A DNA stretch of 64,000 nucleotides from Octopus sinensis. Taxonomy: Eukaryota. The notes under the pieces were generated by a model that was not told the DNA's origin, did not search any database, and was given only the letters and a program-made list of their open reading frames with translations. Position 1 is the stretch's first letter; every line of letters begins with the position of its first letter. Where the stretch lies: positions 26,164,001 through 26,228,000 of the forward strand of contig NC_043012.1 in assembly GCF_006345805.1 (NCBI RefSeq), given 5' to 3'. Below are positions 11,036 through 23,499 of the stretch, piece after piece. The position numbers were made by a program, and so were the translations under genes.

Positions 11036-11783
11036 TTGAAAAATTTTTTGAAAATTTTCCCCAAAAACTTTTGAAAAATTTTTTGAAAATCTTCCGCAAG
11101 AATTTTTGAGAAATTTTTCAAAAATTTTCCCCAAAAACCTTTGAAAAATTTTTGGGAAATTTCCCCCAAGAATTTGATAAATTTTTGGAAAATTTCCCCC
11201 AAGAATTTTTGAGAAATTTTTTGAAAATTTTCCCAAAAAATTTTTCAAAAATTTTGAAAAGTTTCCCAAAAAATTTTTGACAAATTTTTCGAAAATTTTC
11301 CCCAAAATTTTTAAAAAATTTCTTGAAAATTTTCCCCCAAAACTTTTCAAAAATTTTTCGAAAATTTTTCGAAAATTATCCCAAAAATTTTTGAAAAATT
11401 TTTTGAAGAATTTTTTGAAAATTTTCGTTAAAAATTTTTCAAAAACTTTTTGAAAATTTCCCCCCCAAAATTTTTGAAAAGTTTTTCGAAAATTTTCCTG
11501 AAAAATTTTTCAAAAGTTTTTCGAAAATATTATCCAAAATCTTAGAAAAATTTCTTGAAAATTATTTGAAGATTTTTTTGAAAATTTTCCCCCAAAATTT
11601 TTCAAAAATTTTTCAAAAATTTTTTCCCCAAAATTTTCAAAAAGTTTTTCGAAAATTTTGTCCAAAAATTTTTCAAAACTTTTTTGAAAATTTTTTGAAA
11701 ATTTTCCTCAAAAATTTTTGAAAATATTCCCTAAAAATTTTTGAAAAAGTTTTTGAAAATTTTCCCCAAATATTTTTGAAAAA
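11036..11783. repeat. Degenerate ~11-12-bp (~34-bp higher-order) A/T-tract tandem array
   Basis: Reiterated GAAAATTTTCCC / CAAAAATTTTT / GAAAAATTTTT units. Confidence 0.9.
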
Positions 11784-12624
11784 GTGAGCGAGAGAGAGAG
11801 AGTGACGACCTTCATAAAATATAAAATGTAAAATGTTATGTCTTGGATGTTTTTGAAAGACACTATATTTTATAATCATAATATATATACTTTCTCACAC
11901 AATTACAATATATTTATTTTACATCATTTATTTATTTTAAATCTTTCATTTTTCTCCCCCCTCTCTCTCACACACATTACTTTGGGTGCGAAGGAGTTTT
12001 GTTTTTATTTTACGCCAAGTAAAAAAGTGTTTTGTTGACAATCCATTTATTTAATAACAAAGAAACAAAGAGGTGAGTAGCAATTTGTCAGTGAATTGCA
12101 CAATATAAATGGATACAATTTCCGAGGCTTCGACCACACCCACTCCGTTTCACGGTCCACAAAAAGGGTTTTGTAGCATATTAAGATTCCAGAGTAGTTG
12201 ATTCCACGCAAAACAAAAACGATTATTTTTCTTAGTGAAAATCGTGTGAGTTTTAATCTACAAATTTAACAACATTTTTCCATTCATTTCTGTTTATGAA
12301 CATGTATGCATTGCACAAAACATGCAATAGGTGTACGTACGTACATGTGTGTTCGTGTCTGTTGCCCATATATATTTATATTATATTATATATAATATAT
12401 ATAATATATATATAATATAACCAATTTCAACGGATTTTGCCCAAATTTGACGTCGATATTACTTAGTTTGGTTTGAAATAAAGAACTTGATTAGCTTAAT
12501 AATCGTAACTTAATACCGGGCAAGTTTTTGCTCATCAATAGTATAAATAAAACTACAACGTGAAAATTGAACAAACATGTTTCAACCATCAAGTGTTCAA
12601 ATGTTCACAGAGATTTCAATGAGT

Positions 12625-13463
12625 TTCACAGATATGGATAGTATAAGTTTTGGCAGTCATTTTCGTACGTTTGTCATTCAATTTTATAATCGGGTCATTG
12701 ACAGTCGCGAAAAAAAAAATAGCGCCATGAAATTAGTCATGCAAATTCGTTTTTCGATCATTCAATTTCGCACTTCAGTCGAAGAATATAACATTTACAT
12801 CATTTAAATTAAAATGCCCGTCATTTAAATTAAAATGCTTTTCGAGCATTCAAATTTGAGCGTGGGCATTCGAGTTCAAAATTTGTTTATTCAATTTAAC
12901 ACTAAGCTTACATATTTATTTCTTCTCACATTCAAAGAAGTGAATGTCAAAAATGACAAATTTAAACGACATGTTTTGACATGCAAATTTTATTATGTTG
13001 TTATAGTTACAAGGAAGAAATAAATTACGTGATTTTTCTGTCCACGATACCGTTACACGAAACACTTTCGAGGAGTTCTTGGCGGAAACAGTTCCAGCAA
13101 GTGCCGACATTTTCTCAGCAGACTAATCTGTCTACTTGATCTATGACAACGCGCAGCCACCCGTTCATGCCGAGCTCCAGGCTCTTGCCTCCCAACTCGC
13201 CGTTTCTTAATTGTACGGAAATGGAACATTCTGCCTTTAATGCAGCTGTCAAGCGAGACCTCGCTCAAGCTGAGTTGCAGCAAAAGGTCAGCGACCTGGC
13301 AGCTGCAGAAGAATCCGGCATGACCATTGAAGAATGGTGAGTACGTGTCATACAAGTCGCAAGTAACATTGATGCTATCATTCCAGAAAATTTTGTTTTT
13401 TGGTAGAGACATACCCAGACTTACCTCCCGAGATGCCTCGACCGCCAGGAAATAGATGGCTAA
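12625..13463 (+). pseudogene. IS630/Tc1-family (TRT/DD37E-like) transposase relic
   Basis: VYLIYDNAQP..LLPPNSPFLNCTE..RHTQTYLPRCLDRQEIDG* with frameshifts; the D-E spacer is damaged so the subfamily is inferred from motifs; left boundary approximate. Confidence 0.7.
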
Positions 13464-13467
13464 ATTA

Positions 13468-13887
13468 GGCGCAGGAGTGGCTGTGTGGTAAGTAGCTTGT
13501 TTACCAACCACATGGTTCCGGGTTCAGTCCCACTGCGTGGCACCTTGGGCAAGTGTCTTCTACTATAGCCTCGGGCCGACCAAAGCCTTGTGAGTGGATT
13601 TGGTAGTCGGAAACTGAAAGAAGCCCGTCGTATATATGTATATATATGTATGTGTGTGTGTGTGTGTGTGTTTGTGTGTGTGTCTGTGTTTGTCCCCCTA
13701 GCATTGCTTGACAACCGATGCTGGTGTGTTTATGTTCCCGTTACCTAGCGGTTCGGCAAAAGAGACCGATAGAATAAGTACTGGGCTTACAAAAGAATAA
13801 GTCCCGGGTTCGAGTTGCTCGATTAAAGGCGGTGCCTCAGCATGGCCGCAGTCAAATGACTGAAACAAGTAAAAGAGTAAAAGAGTA
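13468..13887 (+). mobile_element. SINE family A, full length (tRNA-derived, CORE-like start, internal TA/TG microsatellite)
   Basis: Pol III A box TGGCTGTGTGG, B box GGTTCAGTCCC, ACCTTGGGCAAGT, and (AAAAGAGT)n tail; similar to octopus OR-type SINEs. Confidence 0.93.
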
Positions 13888-13893
13888 TACATA

Positions 13894-15181
13894 CAGGGTA
13901 CGATGGATAGATTGTAGCCATCGCATATTTTTAATTTCGCGCAGATGCGCATTGTTTGTTTTTGATTTGGTTGCATACAGTGTATATATAGTAGGGTCAG
14001 TTGGGCACCGTCTGTGAGAAATACAGCACCATAGCGCAATTCAGTCTGCCACAAATTTGGAAATGACATGCTTTAATACTTGCCATTCGCGTCGGAAGCT
14101 CCAGTACGAACATTTCTGAGTGTTTGGGTGTCAATCTAAGGACTGCGCAGAGGATTCGGAAAGATTTGGATGAATCTAATGGTAATTACGAAGGTACGGC
14201 AGCTCGTAAAATTCACTCTTATCGTTCTGATGAGAAAAGAACTCCTAAATTTGTTAGTGTTATCCAGGCCTCCAAGACAATCAGGTCAATCTCCGGGAAC
14301 ATGAGAGTGTCTGAGCCCCTTATCAGGCAGGTAGTGCATGAGACATTCGGTATTCCTCATACAAGATGAGATAGGGCCAGTTTTAATCCCAAGCCATCAA
14401 TTACAAGAGGAAAGACCGTGCTACGAAGCTTTTGAACAAATTTAAGTATCCTGTTCAACCGAACATGCTTTGTTTTTTCTCAGACGAGAAAAATTTCAGC
14501 CAGCGTCTGATAGTGAACACACAGAACAACTGTTTGCTTGCCGTATCCCCAAAACATGTCCTGGGAGTGATAATAATCAAACATCCAGTCAAGATCCTGG
14601 TGTTTGAAGGGATCACTTTTGATGTCGACGTTATGCCTCCATTCACCTTCTCACACGTCCTCAGAATCAAAACGGAAGCCTACATCAAGTGCCTGGAGGA
14701 GGTAGTGCTACTCTGGGTCAAGAGGGTGGCTGCTCGTAGACCTTATGTCTGGCAGCAGGACTCTGGTCTATACCTCACAAGCAGGAGAACCCTGTCATGG
14801 CTGTGAGACAATTTCTGCGACCACATCACCCCTGATATCTAGCCACCTAACTCCCTTGACTGGAAGCCCCTTGATTATCATGTGTGGGGCGCAGTTGAGC
14901 GAAAGACCAACAAAACTCCTTATAACACCAAAGATGAATTGAAGGCAAGGATTATGGCAGCATTCACCAACTTAAACAAGGAGACTGTCCAGAAGAGTTG
15001 CAGGAGATTCTGAAGTCATCTGGTTGCCATGGTCGAATCGAATGGTAATTTTATTAAATAAATTTACTCTTTAGTATTTCAAAATAACTTTATGTAATTT
15101 TGGTATATATATAAATTAAAATGAGTTGTTTGTGTTTTTTTCATTTTTGTGTAATTTAAAGAAATTATTCACCGTACCCTT
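13894..15181 (+). mobile_element. Near full-length Tc1/mariner DD37D (maT) transposon with decayed transposase
   Basis: TA-flanked terminal repeats CAGGGTACGATG.. / ..CACCGTACCCTT; FSDEK..WQQD-(37 aa)-D with in-frame stops. Confidence 0.92.
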
Positions 15182-15534
15182 TATATATAAGTATGTATGT
15201 GTGTGTGTGTATGTGTGTTATTGTGTCTGGGGAGAGTAATTCTCTTGTCGTGCCATATTATTTAACACACTCATCGGTTCGATTTCCTTACCTCTTCAGT
15301 TCATATAAATTATATCATATTATATATTACATATACACATGTATTATATTATTATATGCACTTTTCGTTTTTGAAAAGACAGCAATTGGTGGCTTTTTGT
15401 CAGGTAAGTACAACGATTAATGCAACCACCAAAAGAAAATCTAATATGAATATATATATACATATATATATATATAGATACACATATATATATATATATA
15501 TATTATATATATTATATATATTATATATATAGAT

Positions 15535-15573
<39 letters not shown>

Positions 15574-15580
15574 TATATAT

Positions 15581-15612
<32 letters not shown>

Positions 15613-16441
15613 ACATGCATGTATATATATATATGTATATTTATGTATGTTATATCCTTGTATGTATCTATGTATTTATATATACATAGATACACATATA
15701 TTTGCTTCCTTATATGTATATGTACGTCGACATATACGCATATTTACACACATACCTACATACATAGGTACATAACGATTGATACATTCACGTATATACA
15801 TCCATGCACGCATTTCCATCTTAGTATATCATTTACGTCACTCTCAATGCAAATATAATTTATAACTAATAACTACATTTTTATAACCAGTTTCCCAGTT
15901 TATAATATAATGTTCATTATTTTCTGATTAATTTAATGTCTATAGCAGCAGAGCGAGTAATGTTTGCTTTTGTTCGACATTTTCATATTTCTGCATCAGT
16001 ACGCCGTATTAGTTGCTTTGTTTATATTAAATTTACTAAAACTGATTAGTCGTTAATGAGAAAATAGTAGGTGTGGATGTCAAACGCAGATCATTACAAA
16101 GTACAGGGTGAATAATAATTATGCCTTCGATAATAATATTGGGTTTTCCTCTTTGTTCTTTTCAGTCTGCTTTTCTCTCTGAGTGTCTGTGTGTGTGTGC
16201 ATGTGGGTGTGTGTGTATGTGTGTGTGTGTGTGTATGTGTGTGTGTGTGTGTATGTGTGTGTACTTGCGAGTATGCGTTTCATATGGGAAGTTGCTACGT
16301 CCACGAGAGTGTTCTATGTATGCTAAATATATACGTGTATGCGTGTTTACATACATAGATACCAACGTATATATATATATATATATGTATCTATGCACAT
16401 ATATATGCATACATGTATCTATCTATGCATCTGTATTAAGG

Positions 16442-16491
<50 letters not shown>

Positions 16492-16679
16492 TGTATGTGT
16501 ATGTGTATTTGTATATATACATATATGCATATAATTCTTTGAACACATATTGCTCATTTTCGCTGAATTCGTTATTCTATTAAATGCATGCGTATACTTC
16601 TCTTTAAAACCATTTGTGACAAACATACGCCCACATTCACACCGTATATACCGCTCACGCAGGCCTACATATATGTGGA

Positions 16680-16714
16680 GATAGAGAGAGAGTTAGATAT
16701 ATAGATAGATAGAC

Positions 16715-16808
<94 letters not shown>

Positions 16809-17051
16809 GTTTCTTTATTGGCCATACAGGGCTGCACACAGATGGGACAAGTTACAAGGTAGAGCTTTTCTTTGGGGGGTTGAAAAAAACAAAAAACAAA
16901 AGAAAAAAAAGGGGTGGCGTAGGTTTTCGATCAAGAGGGATCGTAAAAGGGAAGAAAAGAACAAAAAATAAATAAATAAATAAATTAAAAAAAGGATAAG
17001 GAACAAAAGAAAAGAGAAATGAAAAAAGAAGAAAAAAGGGGGAAAAAAGGG

Positions 17052-17138
<87 letters not shown>
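16680..17138. repeat. (GATA)n tract interrupted by a LINE 3' UTR
   Basis: (GATA)n at 16680-16807 and 17053-17138. Confidence 0.9.
16808..17052 (-). mobile_element. Tx1-like LINE 3' UTR inserted in (GATA)n
   Basis: Reverse complement matches 41440-41570 (AAGCTCTAC..TGTGTGCAGCCCTG..AATAAAGAAAC). Confidence 0.75.
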
Positions 17139-17139
<1 letters not shown>

Positions 17140-17149
17140 TTCGTTCATT

Positions 17150-17382
17150 CTTTTATTCTTTTGCTCTTTTAATTGTTTCAGTCATTTGTCTGCGGCCATG
17201 CTGGATAACGTTGGATAAAGTTGATTCCAGGATCAACTTGATTCCTCGTACTTATTCTATTGGAGTATTATTGCCGAACATAAAATTTACTTGGACATAA
17301 ATACACTAACACCGGATGTCATGGAGTGAGCGGGAGACAAACACAGGCACAAAGATACACACACCCACATACACACACATGC

Positions 17383-17425
<43 letters not shown>

Positions 17426-17450
17426 ACACACACACACATATATATGTATA
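17150..17450 (-). mobile_element. SINE family A 3' half
   Basis: TTTCAGTCATTTGTCTGCGGCCATGCTGG..TACTTATTCTAT. Confidence 0.8.
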
Positions 17451-17559
17451 TACATAGTGCGTAAGACATTTGAGGAGAGACAGATTCATGTTTATGAAAA
17501 AAACATATAATACCTGATAATAACTTTATTCATCAAAAAATGCTATGAGGATAAAAATA

Positions 17560-18020
17560 AGCCTTCTTTTCTATAATGCTATTGTATAAAGCCACATTCA
17601 GCTTCAACAACTGCATATATATGAAACCTAAATCATCTACATGCTCGAATCAAGTGGTCCTGTTTCAGTTTGGATATTACTCTGACTATGGTAGCTTTCA
17701 AAGCATCTTCGATGCTATGGGCGTGTTCAGTGATCTCTCTCGAAACAACGCTCCACATGTAATAGTCCAATGGATTGAGGTCTCCGGAATTTGGAGGATA
17801 AATGTTAGGGTTTATATGATCGTGACAATTTTCAGCCATCCATTCCTGTATTATTAGAGCCATGTGTGATAGTACTGAGTCTTTCTGAAACACACGTAGC
17901 CTTCCATTGCACACACTATCTGCCCATAAAGGTTTTAGAATTGTGTCAAGCAAGTTGCTTAGTCTTTGTGTGTTTGTAGCTGGTCCTGGTACAATTTTAC
18001 TGAAATCAAATTTCACTGTA
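17560..18020 (-). pseudogene. Tc1/mariner DD37D transposase relic, second subfamily
   Basis: ORF 17633-18016: VFQKD-(37 aa)-D with PPNSGDLNPLDYYMWSVV..LKATI. Confidence 0.85.
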
Positions 18021-18222
18021 TGTGTTTGAAAATGTTAAGAACTGAAAGCGCTTGCACATCTATAAAAGAAAAATGCCACACACATTTTGTGAAATCTCTT
18101 CCCAAAGGTTAGTGTCTTTCGACTTTCTAAAAAGGTTCTCTTCTCAATCTTAACTCTTTGACAAAAAACTTCTCTCCAAATATTATAGCTGTATCAAGGG
18201 ATTTCCAAAACACTCCAAATAC

Positions 18223-18309
<87 letters not shown>

Positions 18310-18325
18310 ATAATATATATATATG

Positions 18326-18391
<66 letters not shown>

Positions 18392-18673
18392 TACACATAC
18401 ATACATACATATACATATATACATATATATATCTATACATACATATATATATAATCACATATGTATACTCTAGGGACTTACCTCCCTTAGTCAGTCATTA
18501 TACATAGTGCTTTGGTGCCTTTGGCGTTAATCTAACACATATGTTAGCATAAGTCAGTACCTTCCATCACTTTTGTAACTTCTCTTGATTTTGCCTTTAA
18601 GTTCTAATTGCTATAAGCCACCGTTTTAATTTATGTGTATGTGTGTTTGTGTGTGTGTGTGTGTGTGTTTGCG

Positions 18674-18704
<31 letters not shown>

Positions 18705-18714
18705 TGTGTGTGTG

Positions 18715-18895
18715 TTTCTGTATGTATCTGTCCTCCACCACTGCTTGACGCACTGCTGTCAGTATGTTTACGTTCCCGTAACTTAGCGGTTCGGCAAATG
18801 AAAATTACTCTTGTGCATCTTATGCATAAATAAGTACTAGGGTCGATCCATTCGCCTCCTAATGACTGAAAATTTGAGAGATAAAAGATAGAAAA
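18715..18895 (+). mobile_element. SINE family A 3' half
   Basis: TTTACGTTCCCGTAACTTAGCGGTTCGGCAAA..AAGTACTAGGGTCGAT. Confidence 0.75.
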
Positions 18896-19604
18896 AAGAT
18901 ACCCATATAAAACAAGGTTTATAAAATGTATTTCTGTCTAGTGTTTTGTATATACTAATTTTAGACACTGTCTAGTATAGACAGTTGTCCTCGAATGCCG
19001 TAGCTAAATAAATATTGCTCTGCAAAACTCGTGAGCATAGCTACAATATATTGAACATCACAAAAAAATTCATAATATGATTATAACGTACCGTACTACT
19101 GTAAATGGGTATCCGTCAGTTTCGCCAATGATAACTGAATGTTCATTCAGCTGAACTTCTTGCTTAATGAGTCATCGCAACAGTTCAAAGACACGTGAGG
19201 CTTATCGTTATTCTTGAGTAGATACCAACTCCATTGTCGTTCTCTAGCTTCAACATTGGAAATGTAGATAGTAAAGGCCATCACAACGACTGACTCTGAG
19301 ATCGGGACGTATGTGGACGGACCAAAATAATCTAAGGCATCTTTTCAGAACTCTATCGATTCTGCCAATTCACGAAGTACCATTAGACACGAAATTGTGT
19401 CGTTTCATTAAATGTTTTTCGTATCAAAATTTGGCACAAGTCCAAACATTTAAAAATGTGAAATTAATTGATTACGTCGAGACCGATTATTTAGTTGTTT
19501 TTTTTTTTTTTTTTTTGTTCACTTTTTGTTTTTGTTCTTTTGTTTTTATTTTACTAATGTTGTGTTAACGACCGCAATGTGTAGAAACACGAGCCAAATG
19601 AATT

Positions 19605-19746
19605 TGGCTGTGTGGTAAGAAGCCTAATTTCCAACCATATGCTTCTGGGTTCAGATCCGGAACTTGGACCAGTGCCTATATATATAGCCTCGGACTGACC
19701 AAAGTCCTGTGAGTGGATTTCGTAGACGAAAACTGGAAGTCCGTCG

Positions 19747-19791
<45 letters not shown>

Positions 19792-20025
19792 GCGTGTGTG
19801 TTTCTGTTTGCGTGTATGTGTGCGTGCTTGTCCCATATCAACGTTTTACAACCGGTGTTCGTGTGTGTATGTCTCTGTAACTTAGCGGTTCGGCGCAATA
19901 TACCAATCGAACAGTCTTAAAATATCAGTCCTGGGGTCGATTCATTTGACTAAAACTTCCTCAATGCAGTACACCAGCATGGTCACAGTCTAATGTCTGA
20001 CGAAAGTAAAAGCTAAATGATAAGA
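19605..20025 (+). mobile_element. SINE family A, diverged full length
   Basis: TGGCTGTGTGGTAAG head, GTGAGTGGATTT core, CCAGCATGGTCACAGTCTAATG end. Confidence 0.85.
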
Positions 20026-21187
20026 GTGTCAAAAGTACATAACTAAACGGCGCACGCCCATTTGCTTGTTGCTCTACAGATTTTGGACTTTAATAGTTCT
20101 TGATTTAATAAGTATTGATTCCTTAGGTAGGTACAAATGACCAAAATTTTCCCGATGAAATGTACGAAGAGGCAACAGATTATACCTACCATGGCACTTA
20201 GCTATCACGAATTTAATTAACGAAGGGACGAAAATGTAAACATTTATTTCAATGTAGATCGAACTCAGAAATCTTAAAATGCTAAAGACAAAAACAAAAA
20301 AGATACAACCAGGCGTTGTACTTCCTGAATTACTGATTCGGTCAAACAGTCCTCGTTTCATTTACGAATGTTTCTACTACAAAAATGGCATGCATAGTTT
20401 ATATGTAAGAATCTAAAAGTTAATTAACAATAAAAAATAAGCCAAGAAGTACGCTAAAAGTCTCCCTAATTTTTGTCGTGTGGCGAGATTTTAAACGTTC
20501 GGTAGGTGCGATAAAAATAATAAACTATGTCATTTATTGCAGATAGGAACTAAACATAGCAGCCTGGATAATTAAAGGTATGACTTCATAATATATGGCT
20601 GCCATAAAGCCATACAATAACATTTAGAAACCATTTTCTTAGTTCCTAGCGCTGTAGACAATCAACACGTCCAAACTCTTTTCTCGCTCCGTTTATTCGA
20701 CATCCTCCCACCGCACCTCCGTTTTAGTATTATTTCAAAGAACTTCGTGTAACTGTACATATAGCTTTGCTTATTTTTAATTATTGAATAGCACTGAAAG
20801 TCTTTACTTCGACAAGCAAAGCAGTCTAACGGAAATAACATTTAGTCGTTTATAGCCGAATAATTGCAACATACGTGCGAGAACGTAACTGGAAATGATA
20901 TTAGATTTTTAACATATCCTCTGTTGCATCTGTTGCGTCTTTTACAGGATGACTGTCATGTATCGAAAGCTTATATAGGCCCAGAAGCATCATCCTATAT
21001 GCGTGTGTGTTTGAAAAATCAATTAATGTTCCAAACTTAAACAAATTGATATGTGCATATTATATGTATGTCTCATAAAAGTCAAATGCTAAAGTTATGC
21101 AGGGGGAAGAAGAATTTCATGCACCAAGGTTCATTTCACACTTTGTTGACACAAGGAAGCATATGCACACATTCACTTAAATATATA

Positions 21188-21238
21188 TCACAATTGTCTG
21201 ATGAGCGATCTCGTGAAACCCTGTGTAACAGTTTGTGA
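21188..21238 (+). ncRNA. Type I hammerhead ribozyme with intact core
   Basis: tcacaattgt CTGATGA gcg-atct-cgt GAAA c-cctgt-GTA acagtttgtga; ~10-bp stem I with one bulge; predicted cleavage after 21227. Confidence 0.75.
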
Positions 21239-21383
21239 CGTCTTGGGGCTTTAAGAAAGTAGCATATATGTATGCATATATATATATATACATATATATG
21301 CATATATATGCATATATATGTATGCATACATGTATATATATGCATATATATGTATGCATACATGTATATATACATATATATGG

Positions 21384-21433
<50 letters not shown>

Positions 21434-21440
21434 CATATAT

Positions 21441-21660
21441 ACATTCAAAATATGACCGCGTGTGTACCGTTGGCGATCTTTTTCCTCAGTCTTTCCTTAT
21501 TTGGATCTTTCGTTTTCCTATGTTTCTGACGAAGAGCTCCGCTCGAAACGTTAAATCCTCCTTCTTTCTTTCCTTCCTGAGCGTCGAATAACACTATACT
21601 TGTTCCACGTGCTCGCGTTGTTGTGTTTTCTCTTTGTGTTTTCATGTTTGGATTAACTCT

Positions 21661-21662
<2 letters not shown>
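21441..21662 (+). mobile_element. ~220-bp (TA)n-embedded Penelope pLTR/retrozyme-like element with a minimal hammerhead (21522-21556)
   Basis: gttt CTGACGA a gagc-tcc-gctc GAAACGTT aaat; copies at 21710-21907 (-) and 57958-58182 (+). Confidence 0.75.
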
Positions 21663-21709
<47 letters not shown>

Positions 21710-21712
<3 letters not shown>

Positions 21713-21907
21713 AGAGTTAATCCAAACATGAAAACACAAAGAGAAAACACAACAACGCGAGGAGGCTCAGGAAAGGAAAGAAAGAAGGAGGATTTAACGT
21801 TTCGAGCGGAGCTCTTCGTCAGAAACATAGGAAAAGGAAAGATCCAAAGAAGGAAAGACTGAGGAAAAAGATCGCCAACGGTACACACGCGGTCATATTT
21901 TGAATGT
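21710..21907 (-). mobile_element. Inverted copy of the same element (hammerhead 21792-21826), ~25-bp internal deletion
   Basis: Reverse complement aligns to 21441-21662, including the flanking TA-rich sequence. Confidence 0.8.
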
Positions 21908-21922
21908 ATATATGTATATAAC

Positions 21923-21961
<39 letters not shown>

Positions 21962-21979
21962 GCATATATATATACATAT

Positions 21980-22011
<32 letters not shown>

Positions 22012-22369
22012 CATATATATGTATAGATACATGTATGCATACATATATATATATGTGTGTGTATATATATATATGTATATATACACATTCACATATGCAA
22101 TTATTTATGTATATATATATTTTGGAGCTGTACTTGCATAGCACGTGACTTGATCTAGGATCGTGTGCTGAAACAAAAGTAATGGGTGTTTGGAAGATGT
22201 TTGTAATCCATTTGTAAACATGAAGTTTTGTTCAGTGAACAGGATGCGGTTTCGAAGCGACGAAAATATTTTGACACAAATTAAGTTGAAATGATGAAAT
22301 GAATCTATTGGGATTGTTTTGTGTGAGTGTTCTTAAATCGCTTACAAACATCTTCTACGCTGCAATTGT

Positions 22370-22423
<54 letters not shown>

Positions 22424-22436
22424 TGTGTGTGTGTGT

Positions 22437-22470
<34 letters not shown>

Positions 22471-22558
22471 TGTGTGTGTGTATGTGTCTGTCTGCGTGTC
22501 TGTGTGTGCGTGCGTGCGTATGTGTAGAGAGAGAGATTGATAGATATATACACATACA

Positions 22559-22596
<38 letters not shown>

Positions 22597-22897
22597 TAGA
22601 GAGAGAGATATTTATATATATATATATATATATATACATGTGAGTATTGTGTGTGTGTACGTATATTGTCTGAATTATAGCAGTTTACACATCAATAATT
22701 CATCAGTACTCAATACATGAAATAGTTTGTAAATCTGTTTGAAATATATTTTCTTGAAAACTCGAATTTCATGCGAAAATCCTGTGTACCTCCGCTGGAT
22801 AATCAGAATAGCAGGAGACTCACTTGACCAAAACATACATACATACGTACATACCATACATACATACATACATACATACATACATACATACATACAT

Positions 22898-22944
<47 letters not shown>

Positions 22945-23499
22945 TATATACAGACAGTCTGAAACAGAGAGATTTAATTGATTAAGGATTATCCATTAGT
23001 ATTCTGGTCATATCAAAGTGCCAGTCGCCACAAATGATTGGCTAACTAAAATGACACAGATCAGACAGCTAAGTACTCAATTACAATAATACGGCATGTA
23101 GCGATGAAGGGAAAATCACTGTTCTTTGGTAATCCTCAACTCCAACATTATCCAAAGATGAATGGTACGGTTAATATGGCGTACAGACATTATAATAACA
23201 GACAAATGTGTTATCAGGTACTGCTACTATTGTTACATTAAGATTCTTTATTGTGACGTAAAGATTAAGTAGCGGGTAATATAGTATGCAAAGCATCCAC
23301 CAAAATATGTAATACCTTACTTTATAATCATCTAATCAGGTTTACTAAATACGAAGTGCGGCGAAATGATGTGACTTATTTGTTGAGCTAATAAAAACAA
23401 AATAAAGAACAAAGAATATGTTTCAATTTACAAAATGTACATATAAAGTCATTCAGTTTCATTTGGTTGTATCACTTAAATCAGTCAGGTGGGTATAGT

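Noticed and set aside
10934-11350. Amphipathic-looking KFLKNFLG peptide repeat ORF
   Set aside because: Product of the A/T-tract array; unit lengths are not consistently multiples of three
13468-13545. tRNA-like A/B boxes here and at 56090
   Set aside because: They are SINE heads continuing into repeat bodies, with no complete cloverleaf
15270-15303. Minus-strand CTGAAGA-GGT..ATC-GAAC
   Set aside because: GAAC instead of GAAA and no cleavage-site stem
22675-22712. Minus-strand CTGATGA..GTAAAC
   Set aside because: The second box is wrong and stem II does not pair
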